The notes below the pieces were generated by a model. That model ran no database searches. It was not told where the DNA came from and saw only the letters and a list, made by a program, of their open reading frames with translations. From the human T2T-CHM13v2.0 reference genome, Homo sapiens, in assembly GCF_009914755.1 (NCBI RefSeq), contig NC_060937.1: a stretch of 64,000 nt of DNA; one strand, 5' to 3'. Shown piece by piece: positions 48,230 through 62,260 of the stretch (the stretch's first letter is position 1; each line of letters starts with the position of its first letter). The position numbers and the translations under genes are program-made.

Positions 48230-51200
48230 TTTTGTGGCAGAGACTGCTGTCAATATCCACGTCTCCCATTCTTCATTTAGGAACAGGATCAACAAAGGTT
48301 TACCTGGGCACAGGGCTATCCAGCTAGACTACAGGTTCCTTTGCAGTAGAGTGGCTATGTGACTTGTTGCTAAAGCGAATTTTAAAAAAGTGATTAGGGA
48401 TGTGTGCGGTGTGGCTCATGCCTGTAATCCCAGCACTTGGGGAGGCCGATGTGGGAGGACTGGCTTGAGCTCAGGAGTTTGAGACCAGCATGGGCAACAT
48501 GGCAAGACTCCATCTCTACAAAAAATAGTTAGCTAAGTGTGGTGGTGTGTGCCTGTGGCCCCAGCTGCTTGGGAGGCTGAGGTGGGAGGATTGCTTGAGC
48601 CTGGGGAGGTTGAACCTGGAGTGAGCCCTGTTCATGCCACTGCACTCCAGCATGGGTGACAGAGCAAGACCCTCTCTCAAAAAAAAAAAAAAAAAAAGTG
48701 CAACTTCCAGGTCACTTCATTTGAAGTAATGTTCTTGTCTTCCTCGATTTCTTTTTCACTGTTTTTTGAAATATGGACCTGGTGCTAGGGAGTTGGCTTT
48801 AACTATGCAGAGGAGCAGAGAGGAACTTGGGAGGAACTTGGGAGGTTGGGAGAACAACAGGGTGAAAGGAACCTTGATTCCTAGATGACCTTTTGGAGCA
48901 GAGCCTCCTACCTTAAATAAGTTTGCCTTGATAATCAAATCTGAGTCAAATACCTACATGCAAGTAGTTTAGAACTTATCACAGGAGCAGGAATAAGGGA
49001 GAAGGAATGTGAAATAGGAAGAGTTATCAAGTTACAGTCACTGCTATAGTTGTCTGGTGTTCCATCCAATGAAACCCTCTGACAACCCTTATAGGTAGCC
49101 AGAACTACCTAGGGCTGAAAAGGGGATATCATTTTTTCCATTGGTTCTCATCTCCCTACTGGTGAAAATGGTTCCCCGGTGCTAACTACCCCACACTTTG
49201 GATTGCACACATACATTTGTATCTTTTGAGTTTCCTTGAGCAGAGAGATACACAGCACAAATCGAAGGTTAGGCATTGTCTGGGTGCACTGTAAAGCCTG
49301 GTCATTTTGTCTAGAACGCGTTGCCTAAGAAGGGGCTGGAATAAGGGGTGTGATCATGGAGATTTAAAATGGTGCACAATGGTGTTTAACACAGCGCACT
49401 TTCTGCTTCCACCACTCAGATCTGCTCGTATCCTGCATTCATTCACAGAGTTCCCTTCGAGTTGTGGCTGGCCACAGTCTTGGCAAGCGCTTAATATTAA
49501 GAAGCGCATAATATTAATATTATGTTCCTATTACTGCAGCTAATCCTACCTCTGTCACTAACATTCAACATTTCCTTCCTCTGCCATGTTTTTAAAATCT
49601 CTAGATCTCCCTATCTCTCAGCTAGCATCTCAGCTGATCTTGGTTGCTTGCTTGATGGAATCATCGAGGCCCTCATCCCTGAGAGACCCCTTACTTGCCA
49701 TATCCTACTTGGCCTGCAGTTGCTATGATTGCCCATTTGTCCTGATCAGTGGGCATAAAGGCACAAAGTAACAGCCTTGTGAATCCCCTGCACTCAATAT
49801 ATTCTCTTCACTCTCCTCGTTGTACACCAGCTACCATAGCTCGTGGTGATCAGAATTACATTCAGCATTACAATAACTTTCTTTTTTGGCCAATTTGTTC
49901 CCACATTAAGGAGCCAGGTTACTAGGTGGTAACTGTAGCATCAAGTTCACTGTAACCCTTGTGTCCTGATAGAAGCATTTCTCATCCCACCCCACTTCCA
50001 GACCAGGACCTCAAATATGGCTGACATAAAGTTTCAAAGTCAAAAGCGCAAATTCTGCAAATGGGTCACAGGGAGTAATGCTTTGAGGGGTCAGTCCTAC
50101 TTTCACCCTTTGATAAAATCTTGCTTTCACCTCATGTTCTGAGGATTTCTTGGTGAAATCCTACTTTCACCTCATGTTCTGAGCAACGTGTATTCTAGTT
50201 TCAGAGTTACAGCACCATATATTAGCCATTGATTTAGCACACATGCTTCATGTTGGAGTATCCCAACCCATCAAGGGTTGTGCCTTGAGCTGGAACTTAT
50301 CTGGGCCTTAAACAGGTTATTATGTTTATTTTTACCATCATGATTAGATTTCTCAGTGAGGTATAGTATTTAAGACCATTGGACAATGTATCAGTGGTCC
50401 TAACTTCTTTGCTGTAAAGTAAGTCTCTTGGTTTGAGTGATGGATGAGGTATGATGCTGAATCTGATGTTCTGTAAGACTTGACATGGTGAAACTGTGGG
50501 CAGAGACAGCAAACTCCTATCTAAGGAAGGTGTCTGCTTGAGGACATATTGTTGCTCCGTTAAGAGTTAAAGTCTGAGTCAAGGCAATCAGCTTGTCTCC
50601 CAAGTGGTTGGCTAGTCTCTTGGTATATCAAAGGGGACCAGTACACCTCCTGGAGGCAGTCTGCCTACATCTAGACTATTATGTGAGAGAAATACACACT
50701 TACTTATTGTTTGAATCGCTGTTATTTATTATAGTGTATAACAAACTAATGCAGACATTATTACCTGAAATGAGGTGCTGCTGTAACATAAACTTACAAT
50801 ATGAGGTAATGACTGATTGATTGGAAAGTAGTTAGTAAAGAAACAGATGTGGCAGGTTTGACAGTGATTGTCAGATAAGAATTAGTCACTTTGCAAGCAG
50901 AAGTGAAAGGGAATATAGTTAAAATGGAGGCTTTCTTATATATAGTATAAATTCATATTTTTCTAATTTGACAGTATTAGGGGCTTTCAGGTTTGGCAAA
51001 GCCAACTTTTTCTGTTTCTCCCAAACCACAGGAGACAACATTGTCCCTCAGGCAAAAGCCTCCTATATATGTTCCCAGCCAGAAAGTGGGAGCCAGCCCT
51101 ACAACAATAGACTGAGGGCATTCCATTCTCACCTAAGTCTTTTTTTAGGTGGCCTTGAGGTAGCCACTCTAAATTAAGGGAGAGCTGGGTATACTGAATG

Positions 51201-53085
51201 TAACAACCAGAAAATAGAGTCTGAAAGCTTAAGAACTGTAACAACATGTGATCTTTGACTGAAGCCTCTTTAACATGGACATGAGTGGAAACAAGGAGAC
51301 GAGGAGCCTACTAAATTTGGGGGAACATTGTTTGCCAAGGAAATCACAAACATGGTGCCTGACCCAGCAATCTCCAACTGGAAACTGTACCAGCAGAAAG
51401 CATACTGCAAAAGCCATGCAGTCACCAACAGGGTAACTCCCAACCACTCACTTCAGATGTGTGCCACTTACCATCTTATGCCTCCCCACTCTAATAAATT
51501 CATCTTTTATGGCCTGCACTGCAGAAATGGAGGTTACCCTTTAAATATTTTTCTCCTGCCAGTTGGTACAGTGTTAAACTCTGTCAACAGAAGGTGCTGG
51601 AAAGAGATTGCAGAAGGAAAGGGTTTTCTTTCCAGCTTTGGTGTGCTCAACTGGCAGGCTCTTTTAGCACGTGTGGCTTCTCCATTGCTTGGTTCCTACG
51701 GAGTATGGCAATCAGCAGCACTGAGAGGCAGCAGCTTCCTCAGGCAGGTTCATAGTGATGTTCCTATAGCAAGACACCACCTCATGAACAGCTATTTTTA
51801 GCACCCTAGAGGGTGGATTTCTGGTAAATTTCACTGAGTCAACCCTGCAGTGGCTTCTCTGACATTCAATGAGCCATGGTCTCTCCACTGAGGTCTACAT
51901 TTCAGTCCCTGGGGGCTTCTTCCTTGGAGTTCTATCTCAGCCCTAAGGATAGTGACTGCTCCTTATATAAACAATTCCTATTATTTAGTTCTCTTTTATT
52001 CTTATTAGCCAAATTCTCGTGATTACAAATCCCTGTTATAGTTAGTAATTTATAGTAAACTTTCCTTGTTCAAATTACTCTGTGGTTTCTCTTCTGATTC
52101 GACCCAGACTGATATAAGGTGACACCACAGTAGAAAATGGATAATGGGCAAAAATGACTCACAAGGGGTAAACCCACTGGCCATGGGGGTGGGGCACAGT
52201 AGATAAAGGAGTTCCTTCCAGAGATCAGAACCAGAGCCTAACCAAGGAATTTACTGTATTCTTGGGAAGGAAGCCTTTTGAATTCCTGCCAAACAATGTC
52301 ATAGTGATTACTATGTTTCCTAGTCTTTCTTTCCAGAATTGTAGTGTTTATTCCGTTTCTTTATCCTACTCCACCATTTTGCATTGAGATATATGGGATT
52401 GTAAGTAACTTGTATATTAGATAATAAACCACTAATTTCTGAAGAGCTAGTTTTAGATCAGGTGGAGAGAAATAAAGATCTCAGATTTTGATCTGGGAAC
52501 AATAACTGGATAAGCTTTAATTGCATTTTTAGGAGAGAACCTGCTGTGTTCTTTGTATGGGAAGATGGTGCATGTGGATCCTTGGCAGCTCAAGGCCAAA
52601 GGCAGAGACTTCTAGTCTTTCTCTAATATACTTTCCCTGTTTTCCTTTAATAGTAAAGCTTCTCAAGTTCTTGCTGAGTGTTTGCCCAGCAAGACACTAT
52701 AGTTTCCAAGTTTTCTATGTGGATATGTAACGCTGGGTTCTTGACAATGCAATGTAAGGGGAACTGATATATGCAATATCCCAGTCTTGCTCCCTGCTCT
52801 CTTTTTTCTCCTTTCCTTAGTTTTGGGTAGACACAGTGCTGGTGAGCCAGTTTTTAATATGTAGTCAAGAGGAAGCTCTTGAGGGGTTCAAAGAGCCCCA
52901 CATAGAAAACCTGGGTTCCTTACTGTACCCTTGGGAAGCAGAGTCTCCTGCTTGCCCTGAATCCCCTGCCTTCCTCTGGACCGATATGTGAGAGAATAAA
53001 ATTCTTTTTTTTTTTTTTTCCTTCGAGCTATTGTATTCTTGGTCTTTTTGTTATATCAGCTTAACCTGTTCCCTAACTAAAACAG
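48230..53085. mobile_element. Nested block of old ERVL/MaLR pieces (MLT1 LTRs, MLT1-int, MER54/MER74-group LTR ~51500-52115)
   Basis: MLT1 termini (ATGTGAGAGAAATA..., 50680 and 52987) and ERVL LTR end AAACTTTCCTTGTTCAAATTACTCTGTGGTTTCTC...GACCCAGACTGATA. Internal boundaries not resolved. Confidence 0.55.
48397..48697 (+). mobile_element. AluJ
   Basis: Forward Alu with A-tail; TSD-like AAAAAAGTG. Confidence 0.92.
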
Positions 53086-55530
53086 TCTTCTTTCTCATAT
53101 TCCTTTCAAATTAAGTATTTTATTTATGACGTGCAACTTTTACAGGATTTCTTTCCCTTGAGCCTCCTCCTCCCATTTTTTTGCAGAGAGAAGAGTTTGC
53201 AGAAATCTTTGGCTTCATCTCATTACTCTTTACTGTCATTGCCTGCAGGCAGAGCCCATAATGTAAATGTAAAATTGTGTTTTGCATAAGTTCCCTTGAG
53301 TATGTAATTATAATGCATTCCAGGGTGCGCCTAAATAAGAAGACTCTGCTTCTTCTCCATCCTAAGATTGCTTTTGGTGTCAATCACATGGTAAGATATA
53401 GACAGAGGCAATAGCAGTAGTAACTAACACTGAATGAGGCAGAGTACAGAATAAAACATTATCCATTTTCATTGCTGATGATCTGGGGAGGATTCACATA
53501 ATATAGAGGCCCTAAGGGTGGAGTGGGAAAATTCTAATATAATTTGGAGGTGTGCAAAATATTTCATAATGAAATAGCATTTTTGTTCATCTTCAAAAGC
53601 ACTGTGACTTAGTTCTGTTTTATACTGAACACAGACAATTTACACATCAGTATTTTCTGTTATATCACAAATACTGAACAAAGTGTCAGATACTAGTTTC
53701 GATTATTATGTAACCACTAACAACTAACTGTATAACACATATAAAAATCCTTTATATAAATATGCTAAAACCATTTTTAATATAAACATCTATATACTAA
53801 AATTTTAAAATATGCATACAAAAGCAGTGATTATAAAAGTGATTGTTGATCAACTATTTTATTGACCCAATTAAAAAATATGTATTTCAAAACTATTATA
53901 TGAAGCAAAGGTTGAAAATAGATTATCTTAATTGTATTTTAAAACACATATCACAAGATGTGGAGAAATTTGGATTTAGAACCTTTATATAGGAGAAAGT
54001 AGTTTGTGAATAATTTAGAAAAATTATTTGCACAACTAAAATAAATAACTTTAAATTCTAAAATAAATACATTTAATTGCTGACATTAACTTAATGCCTT
54101 CTGTAAACATATTTTAGAAAAGTAAAGGGTTATAATTGATACTAGAATTGGGAATCAAATTAAGGAAAAAATTAGAAATAAAACATTTTAAATGTTTAAT
54201 TAATTTAAACCACTTCGACAATTTTTGCCATATCCATTTAACACCTAAAATAATCATTTTATTATATTTCATTTCATTTTTACTTAAATATATTTGATTT
54301 TTTAGAAAATAGCATCATGGCTTTACTTGACATAAATACTTTACTCAACACATATCATTTTCTTTAAATAGAAAGGACAGACACATTTATATACATTCAA
54401 ATAAATACCTACTTAAGTAAAAATGTTCTTAGATGTGCTATCTATAAAATCATCTCACATGGCCCACATACCACACTTTGATTCATGATTGAGATGGCAT
54501 TGCAGTATATAAAATCTTCTAGTATTCAGGGCATCAATAAATTTAAAATCTATACTTAAAGTCTCATTGCAGCAAAAGTGTGTTCATGCCCTACTCAGTC
54601 CATCAGTCAGTGCTAACAATAAGTATGTAATAGATAGGTCTCTTTTTCTTCATTTTCAGATACTAACACTCTAGAGCAAACCAATACAACTCATACTGTG
54701 TACAGAAGTATGCTGTTATTCATAAGGTTAACTTCACTCCCTAAATAAATGCTCAGAAATCACATTTATCATAGTTAAAGAGATAAAGGCAAATGGTAAG
54801 GGCTACCAATAAACTCCATCTCTAAAATTGAATATGTTCAGTAGCAATTATGTTATTAAAAATGCTTTTTTATGCCCAACTTTTCAGGAATGTTGTATTT
54901 GCCCAACACAATTTAATAATATACTTTACAATTATCTTTGTGAGAAAATAATTATCAGCATGGTCTTTAACACATTTTTTAGGTTTTTGTGATTATGTTT
55001 GTGCTTTTCAGGTATTTGTAAATTGCATTTGCACACAAGAATTCTCAAAAATTCAAATCCATTTGTTGGTCAGTAAGTACAACAATAAGAATGCCAGCTT
55101 ATTCCACAAAATATAGTTTACCATTTTATTTGACTATTACACATCTTAGGGAAGTGATTTGGATTTAGAGAGAAAATATTGAGGTAGGGTTTTTCTATCA
55201 TACAATGTCTTGGATTACCATCTGCTTACAAACATGATTATGGACCCAAATGCTGAGAGGAACTGAGCTTCAAACTCATAGAATTCTTGGAGTTTTGCCC
55301 AGATCAAATGTGCTTGATGAGTTTGGACACTATACATGCTTTTAACATACTAAAGCTGAATGATAAAACCTCAGTACTCCGTAAATCTGAATACTTTGTG
55401 AACCCACAGGAGTTGTTCAGGGTACGGTATGACTTCTATTGGACAATCTGTGCCCAAAAACTCCTCTATGTTCTGTCAACCCATGCTTTCCCAGTGCACT
55501 GAAAGGGATTTGTTTGGCCACATTTGGAGG

Positions 55531-56102
55531 TGTATTCATTTTCTACTGCTAGGTAATGGATGACTACAAATTGAGCAACATGTAACAACATCCATTTAGC
55601 TCAGTTCTGTGGGTCAGAAGTCCAGGCAATTCAAGGCTGGATTCTGCTCAGGTTAACATCAGGGTGTCAGCCAGCTGCGTTTTCACATGGAGTTGAGTGT
55701 TCTTTTCCTAATTCGTTGTTGTCACTGGGATAATTTAGGTCTTTGCAGTTGTGGCATCAAAATCCCTGTTTCCCTGCTGGCTATCAGCTGGGACCAGCTC
55801 TAAGCTCCTAGAGACTACTCTCACTTCCTTACCAAGAGGTCCCTTCCGTCTCAGCAACTAAAATGCCCTTTGAATCTCTCCAACTTCCCCTGCTATGACC
55901 AGCCAGAGAAAACTATGTTTTAAAGGGTCATTTGATGAGGTCTCAACCTCCAAGAGGATGTCTCCATCTCAGGGTTAATGGTATCATTTAACCTAACCTA
56001 ATCATGTAAAAGACATCAAATTTACAGTTCTGAGGATTATGTAGTGTGAGTACACCTGGGACAGGGAATACTGGGGGACATCTTAGAGTCCTGACTATGA
56101 CA
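55531..56102 (-). mobile_element. MLT1 LTR (ERVL-MaLR)
   Basis: TGTATTCATTTTCTACTGCT...CTCAGTTCTGTGGGTCAGAAGTCCAGGC...GGGACATCTTAGAGTCCTGACTATGACA. Confidence 0.8.
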
Positions 56103-57999
56103 GAGACCTGTTATTTTCACTTTCAGCTTTTCACATTTCTTTGGTTCTGTCTTCACATTCAACCTTTCGTTTTTCTATATTTTTTCCCCAAAAGAAACTC
56201 AGAAAAACTCCAATTGTCACAAAATTAGTCTACATGTAAGAGTGTAAAGGAATACACATATACATAAAAGATGCGTGTTTCTGAGCCTGCAAACATGTTT
56301 CAAGGTGATACCAAATAAACTTTGATGCTATTCATCTGGCTCATTGCATACATGGCTTCAACAAAATCATCACTTTATGAAGAAGCATTTTTGTGACATG
56401 AGAATAGCTGACTATAGTTATAATAATGAGGATATTATGAATTCAATGAAATTTCTTCCTAATAACAGGCCTGCTGTGTAAGCAAGTAACAGGTTTATTT
56501 CAATGCTAATATTTATTTATTTGTAGATGTTCTTTCTACAAATTAAATTTTTTGGGTTCTATGAGAGTAGTATGCAAATAGTGAAAAACTGAAATAATTA
56601 TTGGTGATTCGCTTGTGTCCACCTATCCTGAAATGCCTTAACTCCCCTTCCTTACCTTAGTACCAATTGGATTCTTATAGTAACTAACTCTGAGCCAAAA
56701 GCTTTGATTTATCAAAGCATCGATGAAAAAAATACTTATCAAGAACATAAATAAGGACTTTGGAGGAGCTCACTAAACACCCAGAAATTTATTACCAAAT
56801 TCCAAATGGCTAATTTTAAACCAGGATAAAGACCAATGAGTGAAAATAAGATATGCAGTGACATAGTGTATTTTAGTGGGAAGAATAATAAAAAGACCTC
56901 TGGATAAGCTATTTTATTAACTTATCTGAATCTCAGTTGTTTTTCACTATAAGAGCAGGGTCATGTCCCAACTTCATTGAGTTGTGAGAATTATTTATTA
57001 AATGTGTATAGTTTGTAATGTGTTCAGTAAATACCTGTCTTGTCTGAAAGTGAATAAATTAATACATTCTTAACTTACTTTAAAATGGGAGAAGCCACAG
57101 TTTAAAAGGAAAGAGAACGTGACATAGACTTAGTTTGATTTTTAAAAATTTGTAGATTCAGCTACAAATACACAAAAACTGCAACAGAGATAGGATAACT
57201 AAAATAATACTGGAATACTTAAATAACACTAGAGTAACTTTATGGTTTTGAAACAGAGGGCATTTAACCATGGACTTAGTTTAGGTGGTGGAATAGTTGA
57301 GAGAAGTCAGATGGGATGGTATGTCAACCCAGAAATTAGCAACAGCGGGGGGTGGGGCACCATCTCCCTACAATGGAGGAAGAAAGGGAGAATGGAGAAT
57401 GGAGTGTTCCTGAAACCCAGGTGATAGGGTCATGAAGGAAATGCAGCTACTGGCCAGAGATTCTACCCAAGGCAGAGGGAGGAGTACCCTCGCTCCTTGC
57501 TTCCAACAAAAGGTAGATGACATAGGATCCTGATGAAGAGACCACCAAATTTAGAAGAGCAAAAAGGCAACGAGCATTTCTGAGGGCAAACAGGCCATGA
57601 ACCAGCATTTTAATTGGTGGAACTAAGAGAAAACTAATGGACCAGCAATTCAGATTTTAGGTAATACTGTATTGATTAATTTCTTCCACTTGTCTTAAGT
57701 CCATTCTCAGAGCTTCAGAACCACCAACAACAAAAAGAGAGCTGTCAAAGATGGAGACTTATTCCCTAAACTCCTCTCTAACAAGGCTGTAGTGGGGTAG
57801 AGGGTGGCGGGGAGTTTGGGGAAGTATAACTGGTGGCCCAAGTTTGGCAGGCTGAGGAACAGTGATCAGAAATATGGGCCTTGCTCTTCCTGGCCACAGG
57901 GTGGTGGTATAAGGTATGAAACCACTATTGTCTTACTTTCACTTTTTTCAAATACTGGTTAATTTTGCCTGTCTTCATCACTGCATGTTTGGTATTTTG

Positions 58000-58521
58000 G
58001 AAGGTAGAAGAGTATGTTTTCCAAAGGTGATCACAATAATCTATATCCCATCCTTTGTGCTCTTATTATGGTGCAATGTTGACACTTGTCCATCAGTAGG
58101 TGTACAGGTCTATATTTTCTCTTTGAATCTGGGTAGGTCAGTGGCCATGGAAAAGGTGACACTGTGTGACTTTTGAGATAAAAGGGATGAGGCTTCTGCT
58201 TGATTCTCTTAAGGTGGAACCAAGCCACCATGCGCTGAGGAAGCTAAGTATCCACATGAAGAACCCGTGTGCTAGGATTCTGGTCATGACCGCAGCAGAG
58301 GTCCTACTGAGAGTCAGCATCAACTAAATGTTAATAACTGAGCCTTCAGATGATGCCAGCCATCAGTTTTCAAGCTGTTTCAGCTAACTCCAACAGGAGC
58401 ATGGATAACGTGTCCCCACCAAGCCCTGCCCAAATTGCACATTTATGAACAGAATGAATGTCATTGATTTAAGTCACTAGTTTTAGAGTAGCCTGTGACT
58501 CAACAATAGATAACCAGAACA
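58000..58521 (+). mobile_element. MLT1 LTR (ERVL-MaLR)
   Basis: CCCTGCCCAAATTGCACATTTATGAAC...TTTAAGTCACTAGTTTTAGAG...CAATAGATAACCAGAACA. Confidence 0.82.
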
Positions 58522-59172
58522 CAGGAGGGTTAAACTTACAATTTAGTCAACCTTTGCCACACATGACAAGTCACATGCTCATCAGAATAAGAAAAATGTG
58601 CTTCTCTAGAGATCCTGGACATACAGTTTTACAGAGTAGCTGGATTTGATTTTGTGTTGCTGGCCTCTGGGGAAGTGTAAGCACATTTTCAGTTATAAGT
58701 GGGATAATGGTATTTACTATATTAGGAAGAGGAAATGTGGGAATTGTTTGTGCGTGTCTAAAATGATGCTAAAACTGGATCTTTCCTGTCTCCGTTCTGA
58801 CAGAGCCATCAGTGATCAATATCAGGATATCTTAATGAGAGCAGATGATCCCAACTTCATGTTCATGCATTCAACATGGAGTGCCTATTACATGACACTT
58901 GTTAGTCCATGTGCTGAGGATGGAGCAATAAACAAACCTGTTTAAGCTTTCTGCCCTCATGAAGCTGACATATGCAGAATTAGAAAGAAAAGGGCTCTAC
59001 TGAGTAAAATTGGTTAAGTGATTTTACTGGACAGAGTTGTTATTATGTATATTGGCCAGAAGAGGCCAGGTAACAAATATGCACAGACGGTACAGAAGTG
59101 GGACATGTGTAGGATGTCATGGATCTTGTCTAATAAGAGCCAAGAAACCTCAGCAGAAAAAAACGAAGATAG

Positions 59173-59305
59173 CAGCCAGGTGCAGTGGTTTACACCTGGG
59201 ATCCAGTGCGTTGGGAGGCCAAGGCAGGAGGATTGCTTGAGGCTAGGAGTTCAAGGCCTGCCTGGGCAACACAGCAAGTCCCTCTTTCTACAAAAAAAGA
59301 AAAAG
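59173..59305 (+). mobile_element. FLAM/Alu monomer
   Basis: GGGAGGCCAAGGCAGGAGGATTGCTTGAGGCTAGGAGTTCAAG, single arm with A-tail. Confidence 0.85.
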
Positions 59306-59786
59306 AATGAAGATGAACACATATAGGCCTAAAGTTATTGAAACTGGCAGAAGACAATGTGAAATAGACATCTGCCTGAACAGGGCACTGTAGGAGACAG
59401 TCTGTCATGGACTCCCTGAAGAGAAAAAGGGTGAAGGCAGAGAGCTGAGGGACACACCCTCTTTCCTCCCACTTCTCCTCACCTTGGCTTCCCTATGGCA
59501 TACCTCCGGAGAGAGAGGCTCCAAGCTTAGGATAAAAGAACTTTTGATGATAAATCAAGTTTAAAATTGTGTTTAATATTTTATACTGGACATTCCAATT
59601 TTTAAGTCAAAACTGTGTTTACCATTAACTGAAGAACTTTTTATTTTCTGAGTAACCACAAAAATCATGGGCCTGCCCAAGTATTCTTTCAGGATAAGGG
59701 AAGAAAACCTAAACTGATTACATTTAAACCAGGGTACAAGATGCAACTTAATCTTCCCTGTGATCACAGTCCTTGTGTTGTGCTTG

Positions 59787-60058
<272 letters not shown>

Positions 60059-60639
60059 CTAGGTAGACTGTGGATACATCTGTACTTTTCCTACTTGATT
60101 TCTGGTAAGAGAACTCCATTTAAATGTGGGGAATGAGTGAGACAGACAGAGATCATCCCAATCATCTCTGGTCATGACAGTGGATATCTGACCAGTCTGA
60201 GTGAGAATGATGGGTAGTGGCATAAGCATTTGACACAAGAATTCATGAGACTCTGCTTCCACAACTGTTGGGGAAGTGTTAGGTCTTTCAGTTGAGGTTC
60301 CTGAGCTGTGAGTGGTCATGTTTTCCACAATGTGGAGATGGCAGAGGAGTTTACATGTAGAAAAAACCAGAGTCAAGCAGACCAATAGTGAGCCTCAACA
60401 TGGACAAAACCAGGAGCAGACTGCACTATTAATATGTTTTCATCCTGTTGTAAGTTGGAAAAATAACAATAACTAAAATTAATTTAAATTTAAAATATGC
60501 AAATATTATAATTTGATTATGCTTAAGTACATACACATGACTGAATTCAACTAAACTATTTTAATAAAATTTAATGACTGTTTGTAGAATGACAATTTCA
60601 AATAAGGTACTTGGAAAGACAATATAATACTTTTTTTGT

Positions 60640-60790
60640 TATCGTTCCTATTAGTTTTTTTTTTTAAGAAAAGGGGTTAAATTGGCTCACGGTTTTGCAG
60701 GCTTTACAGAAATCATGGCACCAACATCTGCTCCACTTCTGGGGAGGCCTCAGGAAGCTTACATCACAGTGGAAGGCAAAGGGTGAGACT
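60640..60790 (-). mobile_element. MST-type LTR fragment
   Basis: AAGAAAAGGGGTTAAATTGGCTCACGGTTTTGCAGGCT...GGGGAGGCCTCAGGAAGCTTACA. Confidence 0.75.
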
Positions 60791-61435
60791 ATTAGCAGAA
60801 AGTTTTGATATTTATATAAATATAAAAGGATGTTCAATTTGTTTGAGATATATGGCAAATCTCCTTGAGATACCAAAATGGTAAACAGGTACTCAATCAT
60901 TTTGGAATGGTTGATAATTTTACTTAGCTAAATATAAAATTGTCAACTTTCAGAACAAATATTATTTTTGAATACGATCTATGCTTCTGGTTTGTGAATA
61001 GTAGTGTTCAATGAATAATTATACTCCCTATAGTAAATGCTTTTACTATTGTCTCTAGAATATTGATTCCTCCATAAGAAATATCTTAAATTCCTTCTTA
61101 GTGATTAAATTAGTATGATTCATGTTACTTATGTACTAAAGCATAATATTTTAGAAAATTGGTATACTACTATCAATTTTTACTATACAGACTTTGCAAT
61201 AAAGAAGTAGTGACAAATAGCAAACTTCTGAGGGCCACATTTATTCTTCTAATATCAATAATAGTATCTCTTGAGAATCACCTTCTTGAATTTTGGTTTA
61301 AATATTATGTTTTCAAATTTACATCATGCCACTACAAGAAATCGCTGCTTGAAAACTTGCTTTTGCAGTTGTCTTAAGAATTTTGTAATACGTTGTCTTT
61401 CCTGCAACTTAATATACTACTTGAGGCAAGTACTG

Positions 61436-61556
61436 AGAAAAGAAAAGGAAAGAGAGGAAGGAAGGAAGAGAAGGGGGAAAGATAAGAGAGAGGGATGGAG
61501 GAAGAAAGGGAGAGAGGTAAAGAAGTGAAAGAAGGAGAAAGAAAGAAAAGAGAGAA
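61436..61556. repeat. GA-rich low-complexity tract
   Basis: Near-pure purine run. Confidence 0.9.
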
Positions 61557-62098
61557 CATTGTATTTGAGGAAGTAGTAGCCTTCCTCCTTTCTGAAAATG
61601 AACCAATGCCTATTTACTTGCCTGTCTCCTCAGTGGGTCTAGGAATTCTTTGACGGCAGAGAGTGTATCTTTTTCACTTGCATTTTTCTGATGTGGAGCG
61701 TAGAAGCTTTCCATGGTAGACGTTCAAGAACATTTGGTAAATAAATGAATGAACAAGTCATGTTTCTTTTTTTGCCCTGGCAAAAAGGTGGACACTTTGC
61801 CTTCCTCTTCCTTCTGGGACACTGATTTTCCATTTGGACTTTTTCAACCTATTGGTTATGTTTAATATGGTGGAAATTACACAGGCACTGAAGCCAGATT
61901 GCCTGTGTTGAGATCCTGACTCCATTTAAGGATAATCATTCAGTATTATTTTTGTCATTTTACCATTGCTCAACATTCCTTCTAGATAGTCAAACTCTTG
62001 TACTCGTTATCCAACAGGCAAATCAAATTTCTGTTTTTCTACTCTCATTTTGTTCCCATTTCTTGGAATGTCTTTCTGTTTCTCTTGTATTTATCCAA

Positions 62099-62224
62099 GT
62101 TATATATTATATATATTCATATTATATGTATGTGTGTGTGTATATATATATATATGTGTGTATATATGTGTGTGTATATATATGTATATATATATGTGTG
62201 TGTATATATATATGTGTGTGTGTG

Positions 62225-62256
<32 letters not shown>

Positions 62257-62260
62257 CATA
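62099..62260. repeat. Compound (TA)n/(TG)n microsatellite
   Basis: Alternating purine-pyrimidine run. Confidence 0.95.

Noticed and set aside
51328-51801. 157-aa ORF
   Set aside because: Non-ATG start, lies inside old ERVL/MaLR-derived sequence, and has no recognisable domain.
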